The notes beneath the pieces were generated by a model. That model did no database searches. It was not told the DNA's origin and saw only the letters and a list, made by a program, of their open reading frames with translations. Positions 56,201 to 64,000 of a stretch of 64,000 nt of DNA are shown here, piece after piece. The DNA is from Paramecium tetraurelia. Its lineage: Eukaryota. A program made the position numbers and the translations under genes. The DNA lies in NCBI GenBank assembly GCA_000165425.1, contig CT868463.1:1-64000 (forward strand). The letters run 5' to 3'. Within the stretch, counting starts at the first letter, position 1. Every line of letters begins with the position of its first letter.

Positions 56201-59200
56201 TTATTTCTAACAAAGATGAGAATTTTATTCACTAAGTTTAATATTAGATCTATTTAATGAGTCATAAATCCGCCATGCATGATGCATTTTAATGATTTCT
56301 CTAAATTCTCTATTATCTATTTGAATATGTCATATGAAAATTCTTTGAATAAATCCTTCGTTGATATTTTAGATTACAAAATGTATAAAGTCGTTAATGT
56401 TTAATAAATCTATAATTTGTTTGGTGAATAATTGGGTTTATTTAGGACTTCCAAAAGCACTTCTGTAATTTACTTCAGGAATTACCTAATATCGTCATAT
56501 TTCCCTAGTTTATACAGAGTCTTATATGTTTCAATTGATGAAGCCTCCCATTAGCTTACATTTTTAATCAATTTATGGGATAGTTTGTGATTTTCAATAG
56601 AATCTCTGAATTCCCCTTCTAAGAATGCAATTTACCCTTAAAGACATAAGATTCTTCCCATCAATTCTAAATCTGAGACAATCTTGGCATGTTTGTGAGA
56701 TTCAGCTAATAATTCTTTGGCTCTATATATTTCACCTGAAAAGATTAATTCATTGCCTAAATCGGTCAGAATGGTATAGACAAAGATCTCACTGATGATG
56801 TTGGCCTAAGGTAGATTTTGTTCCATAATGTCGGCTGGTCTGGATCTATTTTGTTATAACACACTAGATTCAGTTTTTGCGAGCATTTATTTCTTCTCTT
56901 AGTCTGTCAATTTAAATTTAACAATGTTAGATTATTAATACATCAACTCTGCTTCATTGTGAAATCCCACTTGATGTAAACATTTACTGAATCTCACATC
57001 AATTAATCTATCTAAATAAGAATTATTTAATATTTCTTTAACAAAAAATTTCTAAAACACAAAAATCGGAACGCTGTGGATTTAAAGCCCATATTTTTCA
57101 AAGATACTAATCAAATTGTTTATATAAGTATATGTTAATTAAGCCTTGTCAAATAAGTATTTACCCATAAAGTTAAAATCTTCATAACTTTTGACTCTTT
57201 CTAAGAATTCTTTACTGAATTATAATTTGATCCAATCTTAGATACAAGTGGGTAGAAGATATCTAGGGGAGAAATCATCTTATTGTTAAGGTTTTGGTTG
57301 TTATTACTGTTGTTTACTTGTTTTTTCATCAATAATGTTTGTGTATTTAGCGGCATTCTCTTCAAATTCATTCATAGTTTGAAATGATATTTCAATGATT
57401 TTGATTAAGAATACTTTAGCATCTATTGCATATTAAATAGACTATTCCATAGTGTCAGCAATCATTGCTAACATAATGTGAATTCTCATTAATCTTTCAT
57501 AATGAGCACAATTCAATCTATTTGGATTGGCTTCCTCCTCTCTCGGTTTGAATATTTTTGACTTTTATTTATTACTTTTGATTGTTGTTGTTCTAACATT
57601 CGCAGCTCTTGAAAACCTTTAATTACTAGATTTCTATCCTGATATTTATGACTTTTATTCTTTGCTTTTATTTTACTTAACTGTGTTCTTAGTAGTCTTC
57701 TTGGTCATTTTTGATTTTTATTTTGATTATTTAGAAACTGTAGACTTTTTGCCTCTCGTACTTCTACTGAAAATAGTTGATGAATTCTATTCTTCATCTC
57801 CTTCTTCTTCTTCTTCGTCTTCCTCCATTTCAATCTCTATTAAAGTGTCTGCAGCCTACATTAAATTTTCAATCACCAATTGTTTTTCATTCCCGTTTCT
57901 CAACAACCATTCTGAAAATTCAATTAACACCTCAACTATTTCAACAGAAGAATCCTTCTTTAACAATTCAATAGCCTTATTATACGCTGTATATTATTTA
58001 TATAGATTATTTGATACTCTTGCTAATCTGATCCACACCTTTGCTTATAATGAGGAATCTGCCTCTTTCATGTTGACGATGGCCTATAGTTCATTTTTAC
58101 CTTGTTTACTCATGAAAATCATTTTGGCTTCCCAAATGGGTTTTGACATATTCTTAGGGATTAATTCAAACACCATATCTGCTGCCATTTCTCCTAATTT
58201 ATAATCTTCATTTTCCAAAGCACTTTTAAATAATAATTATGCTAACAGCAAAACTAAATCAGGTTCACTCTTTTCCTTACATTCTTTCAAGTAATTCAAG
58301 CAAGAATAGACTGGTTTAATGAGATGTTTTCTATTTTAAGCACTCTCTTCTAATCGAGCACATAAATTCCATACTTATTTTGATGCATCCAAAACTAAAC
58401 TATTAATACCAGCTTTTAGTCCTTTATTTGCAGCTTCAATTGCATGAAATAAACTAGAAAATAACAAGGATTCTTAAGATTCAGTTTCTTATGTTTCTGA
58501 ATTAAGCATTCTTAATAGATTTTCACTATATATGTATTCAGCCAAAGAATACCATCTCAAACGAGAAGCTGGAATAGTTGATAAGTCTGCTGTTAGTAAT
58601 TGTAAAGAATATTATACACACCTTAATGAATACTTATACATTAAAATAGTCTCTTCATTCAATGCTAACCTTGCCAATCTAGCCCATAATTCAGCATGCA
58701 ATTCCAGTTCAGTTTCATCGTTTTCTTTTGCTGTCCAACTAACAAGTGTTTCAAAGCATTTCTTAATCAGATCTTATGTTTGAGCCTTATTGGTTGAATT
58801 TTGAATGATTTCTAATTATGAAACAACATCAAAAATAACACTATCGGACGATGATTATTATGGTTGTTTAGTGCCCTTTTTATCCTATTAAGTTCCAGGT
58901 TTAGCAGCATTAGTTTTAGCTGTTCCAGACACTCTGGCCTTAATTGAGTTAATCAATTTACGAGTGTGGGGTGAAAGAGGAGTTAAAAGTAGAGCTTCAC
59001 AAACCCTCATAACCTCCTCATATTAAGACTTCCCTTCCATCAATCTTGCATACACTAAACCTATATTAGCTAAGACTTAAATCTTTGTATCAATGTCATA
59101 ATCATTTATTAGTTTTTTTTCAATTTCTTTTAGTGAATTCTTCATTATTTCAAAGAATTCTTTCAATAAATTAGTAATTTCTGGTAATAATTTACTATCA

Positions 59201-61481
59201 TTAATAGGATTACGAAATATTGTAAGGAAATTATTCCAAATATAAATAGCTCCATTGAACACTAGCCAAGTTTATTTGATAGAATCTGCTAATTTTAATC
59301 CTTTGACAAAATTTGAACACATTTTTCGTTTTAAAGATAATACTTAATCCTTTTTCTCTTGACTTAATTCTTCTACGTTTTCATTCTCTTCTACTCTAAT
59401 AGGATCAGCAAAGGGTATTTCAAAATTATCTTTAATTAAGTTATCTATAATCATTTATGCCATTCTATATTAGCATTCTACTTGAGCAAGTATCATTTCA
59501 GATGCATTCTTTACATCCCAAGTATCATTACAAACAAACTCGCATGCTTTAAATGCTAAATCATTAAACTCCCATTCAAATGCTAATCTAGCAATCTCAG
59601 CTGCTAACAATTTCTTCTATTTGAATTAATATAAATTCTCTTATTTCTTTAATACTTTTTCTCTATTTTATTCCTCTTCAACCAAGTCCAACTTAGTATC
59701 ATACCAATATTCCTATTCTTACAAATTAACAATGGTTCCCAAACACTTTTATAGAATATCAATTCTTAAATTTTCTGATTTGGCTGCTTACACATTTTCT
59801 AATTAAGTGATAACTCTTTCAATATCATTTTTAGGTTCCTAATAAATATTTAATTTTAGTCTGATCTTCTCTTCTAGATTCCTTAAATACTTATCATAAG
59901 GTCTTTAATATAAGCCTAAATCTTCGCCCTCATCATATTTGAATTGCACCTTCCCTAATGGTACACTGTAATCCAATTGCAATGCTTTTTTAATGTGTTA
60001 TTCTGCTTTCACTGCTAAATCCTCTTATAAATCACTCTTTGCTAATTCAATGTGGAAATTCACTCTCAATGCATGATCTACACATTGCAATTACTCCAAT
60101 AGTTGACATGCCATAGAAAAGGCTTTATATACATGTATTCTATATTGAGCATTTAAAAATGGCAATGAAATATTCCAAATCAAGACAGCTCCTTCAAAGA
60201 TGAGATCGGGATCATTTAACTTTTTATTTGTTACCATAACTTTCTCCATAGTTTTCAAAGCTTCAATTCTCCTTTCCACTTCTTGCATTTTAATCTATAA
60301 GGAATTCAATCTCATTCCAGTCTTATTATCAATCAAAGGGCCTGCTTTCTTTATAAATAATTCAGCCTTATTATACTCATGTAAAATGTAGGCCTTTTAG
60401 TGTAGTTATCGAACTCTACTCAAAAATGCAGTGATTGAATCAGCTATATTTACTAAATTATATTGTAATGCTACTCTTCCTGATTCAGCCAATCTTTCCT
60501 AGAATACCGGTGCCAACTTATTAGTGGCTGCCACTTCATTTCCAGGCAACACAGCACTTGAAATGGAGTTGATTAAATTTATTAATTCCTTCTCAACTTA
60601 AGCCTCTGGAATCAAACCACTCCTCATCTTCTAGAGCATAAACAATGATTTCCAAGCCTTCTCTGATGGAGCAGCCTCTGATTCCTTGAATGCTGAATCC
60701 AAGGCTTACTTATATTCCTTACCAATGTGAATTCTCAATCTCAATAGTGAATTCTGAAAATCGCAATCTCCCTTCTTTTTAGTTGTTTCCCACAGTCTGT
60801 CCAATAGTTTAAATGAATCTGCCTTCCTGTCATCATACAAACAATAGAACAAGAGCCAAGTGAATCTGCATCTCCAATCATAGTCAGCCTCATCTACTTC
60901 CTCAAACATTCGATCTATTTTATCCAAAATATCCACAAATGATAATTGCCATTATGGCTTAAGCATGGGTCTTATGATATTATATACACAAATGGAAGCA
61001 TTATAAATAAGAAACCCGTACTTTTGTTTATTTTCCGGTTTCGAAATTATGTCTAATCCTTATTAAACAAATGTTAATGACAATTTCAAATTCTTGATCA
61101 TGTCCTCCGCCTTCAGTAGTCTGTCGTGGCCATTCATAGATATAAGTCTTGCTTTTATGAACAAGGCTCTAATGTAAAACTGTCCCTAAGAAGAGTTACG
61201 TTAAAAGTAAAGGTCTATATATTATTGAACCAAGTGGGCTTTATCTGGCACAACAAGGCAAGCCTCGCAATACTTAATCATGACTTCTTAAGAAATATCT
61301 AGAAAAGAGGATCTGTTTAATTTACATATTTCGAATACCTAATATTTTTCTTTAGTATTTAGTTGATCTTATCTATGCAATCTTATCCCTGACTTAGAAA
61401 TGTTTCATTATCGTCCTTGTGATCAATAAAGAAACGAGCTTCTGTAATTAAGTTATCAATAATGTACTCTTCATTACTCAT
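53298..61481 (-). CDS. CFAP46: Cilia- and flagella-associated protein 46 (TTC40)-like large TPR-like protein
   Basis: N-terminus ..KYCEACL..IDLYF..QFYIRAL..YGFLIYNASICVYNIIRPMLKP..EVDEADYDWR resembles CFAP46 as I recall it. LIFEGAVLIWNISLPFL, WLVFNGAIYIWN, ELHAELWARLA; ~8.2 kb coding with few introns. Confidence 0.82.
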
Positions 61482-61518
61482 TTTTATTAAATATTAATGT
61501 TTGTATATATATAATAAA

Positions 61519-63976
61519 TCAAGAATAGAGGTTCCTTTTTACTTCTCTCATTTTGATGATATCTTACACATTTATTTGTGGTTTAGGAAGAGAAGGATCC
61601 TTTTGTTTTTTCATTGAGGAAGTCTACGATTTACTAGAATATGTATATATTGGATACTTGGAAAAAGTATAAAAGTTATTTAACTAACGAGGTTATTCAT
61701 CTTCATCATAATTTTAGGAATTATTTAAAGACTTTTTGGATTAATTAGTATGCAGAGGAGATTCTTTTCTTGAATGAACAATATTCTAAATGTTTGAAAA
61801 AGCATGACTTGATTGCTGTTGTTCACCTTGGAGAATCTTTTAGAGACTAATTAAATCTTTTGCTACACTCTACAATTTTAATCCGTCATTAGGTTAGGAC
61901 AAAGCATCAATAATATTATCGACAGAAGCTACCATAATGAAAAAAATAGATACATTTCACATAATCCATTAAGCTGGAATTTTCATGATTCAATAACAGA
62001 TTATTTAATCTTTAAATCTCCTAATCCTACTCCTAATTAATTAGAGTTAATTATTCAATCTGAGATTCATAATCCTATAAATTCTCCTTTGTTATATTGT
62101 AGGTCTCTTATCCATCCTGAGTAACACAATCTTTAATTTTATTTTACCTAATCGATTAAATCTATTGAGCATTAGGCAAGTTGCCTCCCATTTGATTGAC
62201 ATAATCTTCTAATTATTAGACTCGTTATATTTTCTAATCTAGCATGCTTTCTGTTTCCCTATGGATTCTATCGTAAGCATCAAGTTCATCTTATAGTTAA
62301 ACAATGGTCTCATCTCTTTCATTCAACCTGGTTGTCAAAGCAATCATAATATCTCTTTATTTTAGAGTTAATTGTTTGTATCTATCAACTTGAACCTTGT
62401 CTTCTTCTAATTAGGATCTTTCCTTTTCTAATTCTGTTATCTTCTTTTCATATTAGGCTCTAATTAACTTTTGTTATTCTTCGATGGCATTTCTAAATTA
62501 TGGACTATTCTCAATATTGCATCCACCAATTAACATTTAACTATTGATTTATCGAATCTTTTCTTCTAACTTCTTCTTCTCCTCTCTTTCAATGAAAAAC
62601 TGTTTGCTCCTTGCTTCAAGTGCAGCCATAGCAGCATTCTTATCTTACTCTGCTCTCTTCTTATCCTCCTCTAATTGACTTAATTTTGTAGAATCTATAA
62701 TAGTTTTATTCTTTTCTTAAAGCTCTTTTCTTAGCCTTTGTAACTCGCATTCATATTTCCTTAAGAGTGCCTTTTGATCCACATCCTCATTGATAGTGGC
62801 TTTATTTTTAATATTTTTAGCTCTATTGGCAAACTTGACTGAACTCAAAGTTTCAAGAAAAGCATCAATAGCTGGTGATATCATTCCCATCATAGTTGTT
62901 TTGCAATTACCACCCAAAGAATCTTCCAAAAGACGTGTAATTTTGGAATCTCTATAAGGAATGTGAGTTTTTTATTCGATCAAAGCAGAGATAACATTAC
63001 CTAAGCAACTTAATGACTAATTGATTTTCTTGGATTCTTCTAATCTCCTGCCTGTAGCACCAGTGACTCTAACTCTTTCACTTCCAGCCAAATCTACTAA
63101 GTTTAGTTTTCCAACTTTAATGGATTTGTGATTGTCAATTTCTGTCATTTATTCCACTATTATGATAAAAACTGCATGGGATCGACTACTTACATCATTC
63201 ATCTTTGTACTTGCAGTGGCTCTAGATTAGGCTCCTTTTTGGATTAAGGAATAGATTTCTGAAGGATTTCGAACAGCCCATTCGGAGAGACCTTCAACAA
63301 AGACTCCTCTCTTTTTATCTTCTCGGATAAGCAAATTTTATCTATCACTCCTAAGTAAATCGCTTATGACTTCATTGTATATTTAGAGATAACTCACTCT
63401 GACCATGAATGTGGTAGATTCATTGGATCCATTTGAAATGTGCTTAAAGATTTCCTCGATTGCTCTTGGAATTATACCTCTTTAGGGATCTACACAATTG
63501 TATTTGAAGCCCTCCATTGTAAATGTCTTGCCTGTGCCAGTCTACCCATATGCCATGATGGTGGCGTTAAAACCTTGAAGTGCAGAAAGCACTGCATGTC
63601 TTGCTGTATTATCGTATACTTCCTCTTGTGTGTTATCTTGATCGTAAACGTAATCAAATGAGAAGGTGTGCATTGTATAACTATTTGGGTTGTTGAGGTA
63701 TTCCTCAAGATGTTCGGGATCCACCAAGTCGATGTTATAATATTCGTAGAGGCAGATTTTTTTATGATCAGGGGACACTTGAATGGTGGAAATGAAACGT
63801 CCATCTATCACTTCTCTCTATAGAGGAGGTCTTACACGAACCACAACTTTAAAATTGTCATTTGAAGTTAATTGCTTTGCTGAATATGATGACATTGGAC
63901 TTGAATCATAAAAGTTGGTTTGAGAAGTCGTTTAACTTAATGATGAGGTGGACATCTTTGGAAAAGAGGTATTCAT
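61519..63976 (-). CDS. N-terminal-motor kinesin with coiled-coil stalk
   Basis: [91 protein letters not shown]. Confidence 0.95.
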
Positions 63977-64000
63977 GATCGTTAAAATTTAAAATATATT

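Noticed and set aside
57662..58204. 180-aa plus-strand ORF, the longest in the supplied track
   Set aside because: Antisense to a Lys/Glu-rich part of CFAP46.

Overview
AT-rich eukaryotic DNA from a ciliate, almost certainly a Paramecium macronuclear assembly. Genes read through only with translation table 6 (TAA/TAG = Gln, TGA the only stop). They carry 20-30 nt GT..AG introns and are often separated by only 30-70 bp, so the supplied standard-code ORF track is fragmentary. All translations and family calls were done by eye, and exon boundaries are approximate unless stated. About 24 genes or gene remnants are supported: an edge-truncated WD40/pentapeptide-family gene, an MSH6-like pseudogene in a decayed ~7 kb block, DUF1295, an intronless R-S-E ADP-ribosyltransferase with a receiver-like domain, RNA Pol I largest subunit, a synaptojanin-type phosphatase, PP2C, a formin, a Zn-ligand-deficient alpha-carbonic anhydrase, an EF-hand protein, RPN2, a WD40-less PF20/SPAG16-like protein, a frameshifted Vti1 SNARE, Hsp110 with heat-shock elements, a TM-helical-VWA receptor-like protein, a five-Ubl protein, ALG5, LACTB2, an SRPK-like kinase, a CTD small phosphatase, ATP synthase beta (1-nt insertion), CFAP46, a kinesin and several hypotheticals. 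There are two 150-N gaps. The best novelty candidates are the toxin-like ART, the five-Ubl protein, the PF20 N-terminal-only paralog and a divergent gene pair with ATGs 11 bp apart.
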